Source of the DNA: Candidatus Poribacteria bacterium
Lineage (GTDB): Bacteria; Poribacteria; WGA-4E; PCPOR2b
Direction of reading: 5' to 3'
Assembly (NCBI GenBank): GCA_965116925.1
Contig: OZ220744.1
Coordinates: forward strand, 5,024,001-5,088,000
Length of the DNA: 64,000 bases
The position numbers were made by a program, and so were the translations under genes. Of this stretch, positions 10,237 through 19,897 are shown piece after piece; the first letter of the stretch is position 1, and the number at the start of each line of letters is the position of its first letter. Below the pieces are notes generated by a model. That model ran no database searches, was not told the origin of the DNA, and worked only from the letters and a program-made list of their open reading frames with translations.

Positions 10237-10264
10237 GTAGGGAACGCAGATCTGCGTTCCCTAC
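10237..10264. repeat. GTAG-type REP-like perfect palindrome
   Basis: GTAGGGAACGCAGATCTGCGTTCCCTAC, a 28 bp perfect palindrome; identical copy at 15005-15032. Confidence 0.85.
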
Positions 10265-10285
10265 AAATCCCAAATCAGAACCGAA

Positions 10286-11398
10286 TTAACCGGCGAGCAG
10301 AGCTCTCAACCGTTGGGCGATGGTATGTTCATCGCCTTCCTCTAGGTTGTCCACCCGGATAACGACGGCATTTTCACCTTCGCCACCAACTTTGATGCAG
10401 GGGTCACCGGCATCAAGTTCCGTAATTAGTTCGCTGGCACTCCGCGCCGATTCCGCTGCATTAACGACGACGTGGAGCTCAACGCCCCAATATCTCTGTG
10501 TGGAAACCTCTTTTGTCTCTTCCACACCGGGAGCGCCTTCGATTGCACGCTCAATGACAGCGAACTTTTTACGGTATTCGTCGAAGCGTTCCTCATGGTC
10601 CATGGTGAACCATTGGTCGAGGGCGACGGTCAGTCCGATGATTTCCTGTCGGTCTATTTTCATCCCGCGTCCCAAGGGACGGGGTCCGATAAATCCGTGG
10701 GCTGCGACTGCTTGAATCAGGTCCTTCTTTCCAGCCACAAACCCAGCCGAATGGGGACCGTGGACATATTTGCCACCGAAGCAGACCAAGTCCGCCGATG
10801 TGGCGGTGTCCTGAAAGTAGTCAATCGGGAAGATCTGCGAAGCGGCGTCAGCGATGACATATACATTATGTGCGTGTGCAATTCTGACCGTATCTTCGAG
10901 TGAGACAACGGTGGTGTCCGGGTCAGGGCTGACAAAGTGGATAACCGCTGCGGTCTGGGGACCGATTGCAGCTTCCAACTGCTCCGCTGTACACCCGCTT
11001 TCGTCGCCGGCTATCACGAGCTTGCTACCCGGTATGGTGTAAGCCCTATCAAATCCGTATCGCTGCTTTGCTTGGATAATAACTTCGTCTTTCATACCGG
11101 TAGTATCTGGCAGCTGATCCATTTTCTCCTGATCGTTGCCGGTCATGCACGCAGCGGTGGATAGCACCATAGCAGCGTAACAGCCAGCCGTAACATAAGC
11201 AGCCTCAGCACCCACCAGAGAAGCGATGTGATCCCCGGACTTTTCGAGTAGTTCCTCCATATCTACGAAGTACTCTTCCGCCTCTTCCATCGCCTGTTTA
11301 ACTATCGGAGTGGGGGTTGAGCCGCCCATAGCGGTAGAGTTGCCCGCAGCGTTGATGATGGGTACTGCACCCAATCTTGAGTAAACATTTTCGGCCAT
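10286..11398 (-). CDS. SelA-like PLP-dependent enzyme (DgaE / D-glucosaminate-6-phosphate ammonia-lyase-like)
   Basis: PIINAAG..T..GGS, IADAAS, FGGKY..GP, LGRGMKIDRQEI. Confidence 0.8.
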   Translation of the reverse strand: MAENVYSRLGAVPIINAAGNSTAMGGSTPTPIVKQAMEEAEEYFVDMEELLEKSGDHIASLVGAEAAYVTAGCYAAMVLSTAACMTGNDQEKMDQLPDTTGMKDEVIIQAKQRYGFDRAYTIPGSKLVIAGDESGCTAEQLEAAIGPQTAAVIHFVSPDPDTTVVSLEDTVRIAHAHNVYVIADAASQIFPIDYFQDTATSADLVCFGGKYVHGPHSAGFVAGKKDLIQAVAAHGFIGPRPLGRGMKIDRQEIIGLTVALDQWFTMDHEERFDEYRKKFAVIERAIEGAPGVEETKEVSTQRYWGVELHVVVNAAESARSASELITELDAGDPCIKVGGEGENAVVIRVDNLEEGDEHTIAQRLRALLAG

Positions 11399-11481
11399 TG
11401 TAATCTCCTTGATTATGTATTGTGTTCAGATTCCGATGTAGGGAACAGCGATCATTGTCCCTCACGGAATCTCCAAAAGGA

Positions 11482-12288
11482 CTAAGCGGCAAGCAATCCG
11501 CGTAGATACTTAGCCGCTCGCCTGAAGGTTTCCTTATCATCGCATTCGTTGACATCTTTGCCTTCAAATGTGATGGACATACAGCCGTTAAAATTCGCTG
11601 CTTTCAGAATTTCAACAATGCGCTCATAATCTAGCCACTCCTCACGTCCACTGTCCACTTTATAAATTTTGGCACGGACATACGCAGCGTAGGGAGCGGT
11701 CTGTTCCATAAATTCGTAGGTATCTATGTCCGGATCGGGAACGCCTTGGGTCCGAGAAGGAGAGCCGACCCACTGACCGGTATCCAGAATAAAGGTAAAG
11801 TTTTCACGATCTGTTTCACGTAGGAGTTGCAGGACACCCTCGCCGGTACACGGATGGTTCTGGACCCCGACGATGATACCCTTTTCAGCGGCGGCATCAC
11901 AAAGTTCTTGGAAACACGCAACTTCGCGCGCTTGCCCCTCGTCGGTCTCCGGGGTGGGCCCACAGAAAGATCTGACCATCGGCGCACCGAGGAAAACCGC
12001 TGTATCCAGATCCGCTTTACACCGATCCATTTTCTGCGCTAATTCCTCTTCCGTTCCCACAAAATGGCCGCCGGTCGCTAGGTAGCCGATGGGGAGTCCG
12101 GCTTTAAGGCATTTAATCTTGATAGCGCGCAGATAATCGGGATCCTGCGAGCGAAAACCCACGTCGGCGCGGAAATCAACGACATCGAGTTTCAACTCGT
12201 AGGCAAAATCGACCACATCTTCAATATAGGGAAGTGTTTTTGGATCATCCTTGCCGAAATATGAACCGTACATACCGAGCTTAATCAT
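11482..12288 (-). CDS. Sugar phosphate isomerase/epimerase (xylose isomerase-like TIM barrel)
   Basis: GVQNH, ILDTGQW, RAKIYKVDSG.EEWLDY, FNGCMSITFEG. Confidence 0.85.
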   Translation of the reverse strand: MIKLGMYGSYFGKDDPKTLPYIEDVVDFAYELKLDVVDFRADVGFRSQDPDYLRAIKIKCLKAGLPIGYLATGGHFVGTEEELAQKMDRCKADLDTAVFLGAPMVRSFCGPTPETDEGQAREVACFQELCDAAAEKGIIVGVQNHPCTGEGVLQLLRETDRENFTFILDTGQWVGSPSRTQGVPDPDIDTYEFMEQTAPYAAYVRAKIYKVDSGREEWLDYERIVEILKAANFNGCMSITFEGKDVNECDDKETFRRAAKYLRGLLAA

Positions 12289-12313
12289 AAGAACTCCTTA
12301 ACGATAATATAGA

Positions 12314-12393
12314 TAGGACTTACGCGTTTCCTCTTAAAGTCCCCCTGACAAGGGGGATTTAGAGGGTTAAATGCAACCATTGCATAAGTCCTA
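12314..12393. mobile_element. MITE-like element, family A (TAGGACTTACGC terminal inverted repeats)
   Basis: TAGGACTTACGC...GCATAAGTCCTA flanked by the 5 bp direct repeat ATAGA; internal CCCCCT-GACA-AGGGGG hairpin. Confidence 0.75.
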
Positions 12394-12417
12394 ATAGAGA
12401 AGGATTGCGTTACCGCA

Positions 12418-12786
12418 CTACGACTCAACAGGTGCACTGATATTCAAATACTCAATTTCATCTTCGCCGTCGTTGATGACCCCATGCTTTGTCTTGGGCG
12501 GCAGATGCACGGCATCACCTGCGGTCACCGGGTATTCCTTACCATCAATCAACATCTTGCCACGCCCTTTGATAAAGTAGTAGACCTGTTCTTTGTCCTG
12601 ATGATCGTGGTAATCCGTAGTGATACGCCCTTGAACGACATGGCGTGTGAAGTTGGTCAGCCCTAGCAGACACGCTGTCTCCGGTGGATCGGCGTGTTCG
12701 CTTCCAGTGCGTGTCAGTATGGGCCAAATAATTTTGCTCTCGTGCCCGACGTAAGGAATTGAGTCACGCCAGTTTCGTATAATCAT
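12418..12786 (-). CDS. Cupin domain protein
   Basis: HDH..KEQVYYF.KG.G...IDG....V..GD.V.LPP.TKH. Confidence 0.88.
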   Translation of the reverse strand: MIIRNWRDSIPYVGHESKIIWPILTRTGSEHADPPETACLLGLTNFTRHVVQGRITTDYHDHQDKEQVYYFIKGRGKMLIDGKEYPVTAGDAVHLPPKTKHGVINDGEDEIEYLNISAPVES

Positions 12787-12878
12787 GATGACCTCCTGCT
12801 TGGTTTGTGAGGTTGTTGTTTATTGGATAGGGTAATATTTGCTCAGTCTTAATTATCAATGTGTTTTGTCAAGTCCAT

Positions 12879-12914
12879 GACTATAACACCACAAAAGACT
12901 ATAACACTACAAAA
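12879..12914. repeat. 18 bp tandem direct repeat, 2 units
   Basis: gactataacaccacaaaa gactataacactacaaaa. Confidence 0.7.
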
Positions 12915-12923
12915 CAAAAAGTT

Positions 12924-13151
12924 TCAAGCAAACACCTCAACCGCATCGTGTCGTAAGTGCACCTCTAGTTGAGGATTCTTTGCATCTAACATCAATTCCA
13001 AAACTTCGCGCATATTACGGATGGTTTCTTGGAGTGTCCTTCCTTGTGTGAAACAGGATTTTTCCTCAAGACACTGAGCAACGAAGAAATTCCCATCTCG
13101 TTGAATTTCTACTATGAAACGTTCTATGCTTAATGCGTCTTTGTTGCTCAT
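12924..13151 (-). CDS. HicB-like antitoxin (no adjacent hicA)
   Basis: FVAQC....CFTQGRTLQETIRNMREVLEL HicB core; AGGAG RBS before ATG 13151. Confidence 0.75.
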   Translation of the reverse strand: MSNKDALSIERFIVEIQRDGNFFVAQCLEEKSCFTQGRTLQETIRNMREVLELMLDAKNPQLEVHLRHDAVEVFA

Positions 13152-13177
13152 GGGTTTTCCAATCGGACATCTCACTC

Positions 13178-14041
13178 CTATTCCCGCACGGAATGGGCGA
13201 TCGGATTTTCGCCGATCCAACGCTCATCCACCGGCTCCGATGCCAATTGGTAGCGCGTGTCCGAAGATAGCCGAATCCGATCCGAGCGATTATCCAGCGA
13301 GCAGTGCATCGTATACATACTGAACACCAGCAGATCTCCGGCGCGGAAGTCTGTTGTGAGCCAGCGGCACCCAAGCTCCTTCTGAATCGCTGCGGGATCT
13401 TTACCGTAACTTCCTCCCGTTTTTTTCCAGTTACCTTTCTTGTCTACGTCCATCTGCCCATAGGGCGCTTTGAGTGCTGCCAGACGGTGAGACTTCTCCA
13501 GCACCATCAGCGCGGCATCGCTCAAGGGAGCGTCCCCCAACGGCGTCCACGAGGTGTATAGGTTCGTGGTGCCGCGTCCCATATACACGATGTCGTAGTG
13601 CGGTGCACTTGATCGACCGGGACCCATCACGCGCATCCAGATGAAATCAAACGATCTGACCTCACCGCCGAGGAATGCGGTGTAGAAATCGATCATCCGA
13701 CCGGAATGCACCAACCTCCGCACAGCGGGCAACTTCCCCAACGCTGCATGACTGCCAATCGCGGATCGAAATTTGCCGTTATCGCTCTTTGCCGCCCGTG
13801 CCTCCATGAGGGGTTGGTTTTCATCGACCATCTCATGCTCCGCTAACACCTCAAGCACGGATCGCCGGGCGTCCATCACCCGCTCCAGATCCAAGTAGTC
13901 GCGGAGCAAGAGATAACCATCTTCTGCCATTCGCTCCCTCAAAGCGCGGCTGTCATCAAGCAGATCATTTGAGTCACGCAGCTCACCGAATGCCTCCGGC
14001 GACATATCTAGCGGTATGCCGTTTGAAGTCAGTTGCTTCAC
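13178..14041 (-). CDS. Phytanoyl-CoA dioxygenase (PhyH) family protein
   Basis: EDGYLLLR, HYD (HxD), WTPLGD, GDLLVF....HCS..N....RLSSDTRY. Confidence 0.88.
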   Translation of the reverse strand: MKQLTSNGIPLDMSPEAFGELRDSNDLLDDSRALRERMAEDGYLLLRDYLDLERVMDARRSVLEVLAEHEMVDENQPLMEARAAKSDNGKFRSAIGSHAALGKLPAVRRLVHSGRMIDFYTAFLGGEVRSFDFIWMRVMGPGRSSAPHYDIVYMGRGTTNLYTSWTPLGDAPLSDAALMVLEKSHRLAALKAPYGQMDVDKKGNWKKTGGSYGKDPAAIQKELGCRWLTTDFRAGDLLVFSMYTMHCSLDNRSDRIRLSSDTRYQLASEPVDERWIGENPIAHSVRE

Positions 14042-14176
14042 TTTTCTTACCTTTCCTATTCCAGTACGCTAAAAGTAGTAGGCACACTCCGTGTGCCGTA
14101 ACTCCGCGAATAAGGTGTCTGACCCCACTCATTCATCGTGTCCAATTAATTCTAAAATCTACCATAATTCATGCCG

Positions 14177-14944
14177 TTAAACCGCAGTCCATCCGCCATC
14201 GACAAGATGTGTGTGTCCGGTAACCATACCCGCTATGTCGCTAGCGAGGTAGATAACCGCCGCCGCGATTTCTTCCGGTTCTGCGATCCGCCCCATCAGC
14301 ACATTTTCGGTTACCATCCTCTGAAATTCAGGGTTTTTCAGGGCCCCTTCTGAAAGGGGCGTGCGGGTGACGGTCGGTGCGACCGAGTTGACCGTAATGC
14401 CGTGCGGTGCCCATTCCGCGGCTAACGATTTGGTGAGTAGGCAAACAGCACCTTTCGCACCGCTGTAGGGGGCTCGAAGCGGTCCACCGACAACGCCAAC
14501 CTGCGAACTGATGTTGATGATACGCCCCCGAATACCTCCTTCAATCATCGACTTCGCCGCTATCTGGCTCATGAAGAATGTGCCCTTAAAGTTTACATCC
14601 ACGATGTAATCGAAGTCTTCTTCGGTGACATCAAGCGCGGGCTGAACTTTGTTCACTCCGGCATTATTAACTAACACATCAATTCTACCAAAGGCATTGA
14701 GGGTTTTCCCTACAAATCCCTCAATGCTTGAAACCTCCGCAACGTCCAGCTGCCACGCTTCTGCGCGTTGACCGGTTTTGCGAACCTCTTCCGCTACCTG
14801 TTCAACCTCACTGACAGTGCGGCTCCCTGCAACGATGTCCGCGCCTGCACTCGCACACGCCAGCGCGATTTCTTTACCGATGCCTTTCCCTGCACCAGTG
14901 ACAAGAACGACCTTGTCGGTCAATGAAAAATCAATTGATGCCAT
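14177..14944 (-). CDS. Short-chain dehydrogenase/reductase (SDR)
   Basis: TGAGKGIG, NNAG, YSGAK, VDGG. Confidence 0.92.
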   Translation of the reverse strand: MASIDFSLTDKVVLVTGAGKGIGKEIALACASAGADIVAGSRTVSEVEQVAEEVRKTGQRAEAWQLDVAEVSSIEGFVGKTLNAFGRIDVLVNNAGVNKVQPALDVTEEDFDYIVDVNFKGTFFMSQIAAKSMIEGGIRGRIINISSQVGVVGGPLRAPYSGAKGAVCLLTKSLAAEWAPHGITVNSVAPTVTRTPLSEGALKNPEFQRMVTENVLMGRIAEPEEIAAAVIYLASDIAGMVTGHTHLVDGGWTAV

Positions 14945-14959
14945 CTATTCACTTCCTTC

Positions 14960-15253
14960 TATAGTGAATTCTAAAAATAAATAGACTAGGAGTTACGCAC
15001 TTCAGTAGGGAACGCAGATCTGCGTTCCCTACGAACTCCTTGAGGGTGTTTCGGCTGTAGTTGCCCGATTCATCGGGCGTTGGGACGGGTGTGCAGAGGC
15101 GATAAATCGCCGAGCTACAAAACGTTGAACATTCAACTGCGTAAGTCCTATAGACATTAAAAGGTAGTCTTTTGTACCACGATCTGTTAGATTGTGATCC
15201 AAACCCGCAAACTAACAGTTTGCGCTACAGTGTCTAGTTAATTCTGAATTCAG
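14960..15253. mobile_element. Nested MITEs: a family B element carrying a family A element (14987-15150) and REP hairpins
   Basis: Outer TATAGTGAATTCTAAAAATAAATAGAC...GTGTCTAGTTAATTCTGAATTCA; inner TAGGAGTTACGCA...TGCGTAAGTCCTA flanked by a TAGAC duplication. Confidence 0.75.
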
Positions 15254-15294
15254 TCTGAATCCCCGATATATAAGGAAATTGTGCGAGAATCCGA

Positions 15295-16107
15295 TTAAGT
15301 CCCTAGTGCGCCCTCAAGATAGCGACGAAACGCATCAGGGTCATAAATCAAGGGTCTCTGAATTTCCATTGACGGCAGACGATAAGAGGGCGAATCCTTC
15401 GTAATATAACGCGCCGCCATCGGCGGTCCCCCATCCTCTTCGTCGGGTCCATCAACCCCAACAAGATCGGCATATCGCATTGTCTTACCATCAACCTGAT
15501 ACTCTGTCCCCACAATCCAGAGCCTGCCAAACCGGTATCTTTTTGAGACCTCGCGCTCTGCGATGCTGCTCCAACTCGTGCCTGTAAAAGCGAAATCTTG
15601 TGGCGTAATTCCGAGATGCTTTTTCAATGTTTCATCACACTGCTCCAACTCCGCACGTAATTTTTCGCCGGACGCATCCGCTAGGGAGAGTTCAGACAGG
15701 TTCGGATGCGTCACCGTGTGTGCCCCGATATGCCAGCCGCTTTCTATGAGTTGTCCTATCTCGTCCCAGGTCATGATTTCACGGAGGGAATCCGGTGGCA
15801 TGGGCTTGGCGTAAAGTTCATCCACCGGTCCGGTGTTGATAAATAGATTTCCTGCATAGCCGTACTTGCCCAAGACATCGTGAATCTCATAACGCATCGA
15901 CTTCACGGGGTGATCAAAGTCGAACATGATCGGTCGAGGGGGTAATTTCCCTCGTTCTCGAAACCATTGAGAAAGCTGATTGTAATCAATGGATTCAAAG
16001 TTCAGTTCGGCAGCAATTTTCACCAGTCTATCGAGACGGTCCGAGGTCAATGGGTAGTCGCCATCGTGCCTAATGCCGTGACACATGGTAATTGGGATTC
16101 GGACCAT
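15295..16107 (-). CDS. Polysaccharide deacetylase (NodB/CE4-like) family protein
   Basis: MCHG, FDFDH, MTWDEI..L...GWHIGAHTVTHPNL. Confidence 0.8.
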   Translation of the reverse strand: MVRIPITMCHGIRHDGDYPLTSDRLDRLVKIAAELNFESIDYNQLSQWFRERGKLPPRPIMFDFDHPVKSMRYEIHDVLGKYGYAGNLFINTGPVDELYAKPMPPDSLREIMTWDEIGQLIESGWHIGAHTVTHPNLSELSLADASGEKLRAELEQCDETLKKHLGITPQDFAFTGTSWSSIAEREVSKRYRFGRLWIVGTEYQVDGKTMRYADLVGVDGPDEEDGGPPMAARYITKDSPSYRLPSMEIQRPLIYDPDAFRRYLEGALGT

Positions 16108-16129
16108 AGAGGAATTCCTTTGAACGGGT

Positions 16130-17002
16130 TTATTTTATTTGGGGCCAGCGATAACGTGGCCATTCGGGGTATCTGTTTGCCTTCTCTTCAACGCGCTCAA
16201 CTTCGACGATCCACGCCTCGCAGTTGGGGGTCTCCAATTCAGGGTTTGAACGACTCCGGGCGACAAAGCCGGGAACATACCAACGTCCAGTCGGTTTCCC
16301 AAGTGCTTGGTAGCGCAGGTCCATACTCCAGCGGATGGTATCCGTGTGATTGACCAGCGAACCGTGCGGGGTCATACTGCTGAACATCACCATGCTGCCT
16401 GCCTTTGTGGGAACTGGCTGCCGCTCCGCCTCTGAGACCTCTTCGGGAGAGATATTTAGACCATCCTCTTCCCAGAGATGCCGTAAAACACCCTCTTTAT
16501 GCCGGCGCGGGGCAACCCATAGGCACCCATTCTCAAGCGTGGTATCCACGAGGGGTATCAAGCACGCCAGAATCAACGTCTCATCGCCATCGGGCAGGTA
16601 AAATCCCGCATCCTGATGCGGACAGGTATACCCTCCCGGTAGGCGTGGGTGGATGTTGTAGGAGGGGTGACATAAAATATCGGAACCCACCATCGACTCA
16701 ACCCGATCAAGAATTTTGGGATGCTTCAGGAACTGAAAAAACGCTTCGTCTTTATGGGCACGGGTTTGTAGTGCCGAAGTCGCTTCAGGTGCTTCGGCAG
16801 CAATTTTTGCCAACCGCTGCTCAAATGACTCGTTTTCGTACAAATCGCTCACCCGCCCGGCTTGATAGAGTTGCTGCGCCTGCGCTTCGACGACAGCACT
16901 GAACTCATCCTTCACCGGGCGTAGGTCATCTTCGGTGAACAGGTTCTCGATAATCAGGTAGCCTTCTTCTCTGAATGTCGCAATCTGTGAATCGTTAAGC
17001 AT
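16130..17002 (-). CDS. Phytanoyl-CoA dioxygenase (PhyH) family protein
   Basis: FREEGYL, PHQD, ENGCLWV, TPHGS..N....RWSMDLRY. Confidence 0.9.
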   Translation of the reverse strand: MLNDSQIATFREEGYLIIENLFTEDDLRPVKDEFSAVVEAQAQQLYQAGRVSDLYENESFEQRLAKIAAEAPEATSALQTRAHKDEAFFQFLKHPKILDRVESMVGSDILCHPSYNIHPRLPGGYTCPHQDAGFYLPDGDETLILACLIPLVDTTLENGCLWVAPRRHKEGVLRHLWEEDGLNISPEEVSEAERQPVPTKAGSMVMFSSMTPHGSLVNHTDTIRWSMDLRYQALGKPTGRWYVPGFVARSRSNPELETPNCEAWIVEVERVEEKANRYPEWPRYRWPQIK

Positions 17003-17058
17003 GTCGCAAATGGTCCCTCGCTCATTTTGCGTCGAATAACTCCATTGATCGGACAGAC

Positions 17059-17067
17059 ATTATAGCA
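17059..17067 (-). promoter_or_regulatory. Extended -10 promoter upstream of the PhyH gene
   Basis: Minus strand TGcTATAAT about 57 nt upstream of ATG 17002. Confidence 0.5.
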
Positions 17068-17148
17068 CGATTGGAAAAAAAAGGGGAAAAAAATCAGATC
17101 GAATCAACAAACGACTTGCGATCTATTTCCCAAATGTGTAATATAGTA

Positions 17149-17375
17149 TAGGACTTACGCACTTCAGTTCTAAGAGCAGATAGGGACGCAGATTTCGCTG
17201 ATTGTCGCAGATAAAAAGAGAAAAAAGGATAGAAACCTGTGTGCAACCCCGTTTATCAGTGCTATTTGAATCTAGGACGGACGCACATTCAGTACACGGC
17301 GCGCGATTTTTTTATTTTAAACCCCCTAAAGTCCCCCTGATCAGGGGGACTCGTGAACCAACTGCGTAGGTCCTG
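17149..17375. mobile_element. MITE-like element, family A (composite)
   Basis: TAGGACTTACGCA...TGCGTAGGTCCTG flanked by the direct repeat ATAGTA; internal degenerate left end near 17272 and a CCCCCTGATCAGGGGG hairpin. Confidence 0.7.
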
Positions 17376-17451
17376 ATAGTAGATGATCACGCACAAAGTG
17401 TATGGATTGGAAATGGCGGAACGCTGCTCATCAGCGCAGAAAGGAGTCGGT

Positions 17452-18162
17452 ATGGCAAACGTATTGGCGAATATAGGAGGCGGTGCAGAGCTTTTAGAAC
17501 ACGGCATCCGATATGTTCAGGTGGGTGCCCCCGAACCTGATAAGGTCGAAGAACTTCAAGCAGAGCTCAAGGCACAGGGACTGCAAGCGATTGGACTGAC
17601 CGCGTTGTATCTTGAAGAGGATACTGTTGCCACTGAGGCGGCGAGCGAAGCGTGGGTAAACGCCTTTGATGCAGCGGTCAAAATGGGCGTGGATCTCGCA
17701 CTCAGTAGTATCAAAGCCGATGAAGAGATGAGACCGAAGGTCTGCGACTGGCTGAAGACGATGGGCGATGAGGCGGCGCAACGCGGCATCACCGTTGCGC
17801 TCGAAACGCACCCGTCCCTCGTTCATAATGCCGAGGTTGCTTTGAAGACGATGGAGGCGACCGACCATCCGAACATCAGAATCAACTTCGATACGGGGAA
17901 TATCAGTTTCTACACGGATGGGACAGATGCGGTCACGGAACTGAAAAAGATTGCACAGTATGTTGTGAGCACCCATTTGAAGGATCACAGCGGTAATTTT
18001 GACGAATGGGATTTCCCCACACTCGGCGCAGGGTCGGTGGATTTTGCGGGTGTCAAGCAAGTTCTTGAAGGCGTCGGTTTTCAGGGACCGTGGATTATGC
18101 AAGCACCCGGGGATATGAAGCAAGCCGTCGCCCATCTCCGCAGTCTGGGATTCGGTCAGTGA
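17452..18162 (+). CDS. Sugar phosphate isomerase/epimerase (xylose isomerase-like TIM barrel)
   Basis: VALETHP, INFDTGN, THLKDH, LGAGSVDF; AAGGAG RBS before ATG 17452. Confidence 0.88.
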   Translation: MANVLANIGGGAELLEHGIRYVQVGAPEPDKVEELQAELKAQGLQAIGLTALYLEEDTVATEAASEAWVNAFDAAVKMGVDLALSSIKADEEMRPKVCDWLKTMGDEAAQRGITVALETHPSLVHNAEVALKTMEATDHPNIRINFDTGNISFYTDGTDAVTELKKIAQYVVSTHLKDHSGNFDEWDFPTLGAGSVDFAGVKQVLEGVGFQGPWIMQAPGDMKQAVAHLRSLGFGQ

Positions 18163-18278
18163 AACCTATCTTAACGCAAAGACGCAAAGAAACAGAAAAC
18201 CGGATAACGGGAAGACGGGATAACGCGACAAGGACTTCAGCTCGTCTTCTCGTTTTCACGCTTTCTCGTTTTTTCCCA

Positions 18279-19550
18279 CTACGTTTCACGTTCGACGCTT
18301 CCGCCCAACCACGCCGCCCACAGCACCGCTGGGATCACCGTCAAACCCGCCATCCACCAGAAAATTGCGGAGATGCTGAGTGACGCATCGAGTGCCCCGC
18401 CAGCAACCGCAGAACCGACAGCGCTCATCAGCGTGAAAAGGGCAAAATCGGTGGCGAATACCCGTCCCCGAACTGCATCAGGAGCGAGATGCAATAGCAG
18501 TTGTGTCGAGAACACCCAGATAATTCCCCCACCAATCCCGCGGAGAGTGACCCCCAAAAGCACCCAGCCGAAGTGAGCCATCGGCGCGACGATAGCGAGC
18601 CCCACAGCCCCCATCAGGTAGCCCAAAATGATGGCGTTCCGCAACGGGCGATCCCGATCTCCGGTGAAACGACGGGCGACGATTGGACCCACACCTGTCC
18701 CAACGCCGCCCAGCGCGAGCATAAGACCAAGACTGATACCCCCACCCTCTCCGATTACAAAGATATCTTCGGCGATGGCGACCATCGCCACCTGAGACCC
18801 GGAACCCATCACCAGCGCACTGGCGCCCTTATGCAGCGCAACGACCAGTGTGTCGGTGTGCCTGCCGAGATAACGCAAACCGTCAAGGTACTCTCTGAAA
18901 GCACCGCCCATGGTTTTATCCGACCCAGCGAGATCTGGCACCACATCAAGTTTAATCTGGGCGATGAATACGGCTGAGAGGAGAAAGGTCAAGCCGTCGA
19001 TGACAAAGGCGGGGTAGATGCCCCATGCGCCGGACACAATTCCACCGATGGCGGCACCCAAGGCGAGCATAACCGACCAAGTCGCGGATCCCAAAGCGTT
19101 GGCAGCACCGAGTTCCTGTGATGATACAATATCGGGCAAGATCGCATTTCGTGTGGGAAAGAAAAAACCGCCGATCCCAAGTTGGAGGGCGGTCAGGACG
19201 TAAAGCAGCCAGACATCGTCCGCGGTCCGAACCAGAAGGAAGCCGAATGCAACGACGACACGCGCCAAGTCCGTTATGATGAGGGTATATTTGCGGTTAT
19301 AGCGGTCGGCGACCACGCCGGCGATGGGACTGATGAAGAATGGGGCGAGCATACGGACGACGAAGAGGCTGCCGACCGCGAACCCAGACTGGGTCAGTAT
19401 TGCGATGAGCGAAGCGGAAGCGACAAAGTTGAACCAATCCCCTAGGAGACTGATAATCTGTCCAAGCCAGAGCAGGCGAAAATTGCGGTTACCACGAATC
19501 AGTGCACGGTATCCAATCGATTCGCTGCTGTTGGCTGTTGTTGTGCTCAA
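18279..19550 (-). CDS. MFS transporter (DHA3/macrolide-efflux-like)
   Basis: NRNFRLLWLGQIISLLGDW, AGVVADRYNRK, VRGRVF, about 12 hydrophobic segments; TTG start at 19550 with AGGAG RBS. Confidence 0.9.
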   Translation of the reverse strand: MSTTTANSSESIGYRALIRGNRNFRLLWLGQIISLLGDWFNFVASASLIAILTQSGFAVGSLFVVRMLAPFFISPIAGVVADRYNRKYTLIITDLARVVVAFGFLLVRTADDVWLLYVLTALQLGIGGFFFPTRNAILPDIVSSQELGAANALGSATWSVMLALGAAIGGIVSGAWGIYPAFVIDGLTFLLSAVFIAQIKLDVVPDLAGSDKTMGGAFREYLDGLRYLGRHTDTLVVALHKGASALVMGSGSQVAMVAIAEDIFVIGEGGGISLGLMLALGGVGTGVGPIVARRFTGDRDRPLRNAIILGYLMGAVGLAIVAPMAHFGWVLLGVTLRGIGGGIIWVFSTQLLLHLAPDAVRGRVFATDFALFTLMSAVGSAVAGGALDASLSISAIFWWMAGLTVIPAVLWAAWLGGSVERET

Positions 19551-19897
19551 GGAGAATCTCCTAGGCTGGTTTAACAAGCTCAGAAAGGTCAGAATCAAAC
19601 AGTGACCACCCCAATGTCCAGTCCACCGCTGCATAAATCTAACAGATGCAATCCGAAATCAAACATCCCCACGAGGTGCTTAACCACCACGACACACAGA
19701 TTGATTAGCAGAACAGTGAACTCCTGAACCAACTCCCACCACCTCACCTCTACCTGACAGGGAGAATCAGCAAATGGATTGCGAAGTTCTTTCAACCCAC
19801 CTTTGACCAGAGCAACGAGTTTAACTTCCAGAATGTCTGATAATGAATTTTATCGGATATTTTCATCGTCTCGAACAGCATTTTTAATATTATCTAA

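Noticed and set aside
10286..11398. True selenocysteine synthase selA
   Set aside because: It is shorter, has the GRGMK motif of the SelA-like/DgaE group, and no selB, selD or tRNA-Sec is visible.
19560..19850. ORF 19595..19795 or a plus-strand gene remnant
   Set aside because: A plus frame gives protein-like text broken by stops, but I cannot assign a family. Possibly a pseudogene fragment; unsupported.
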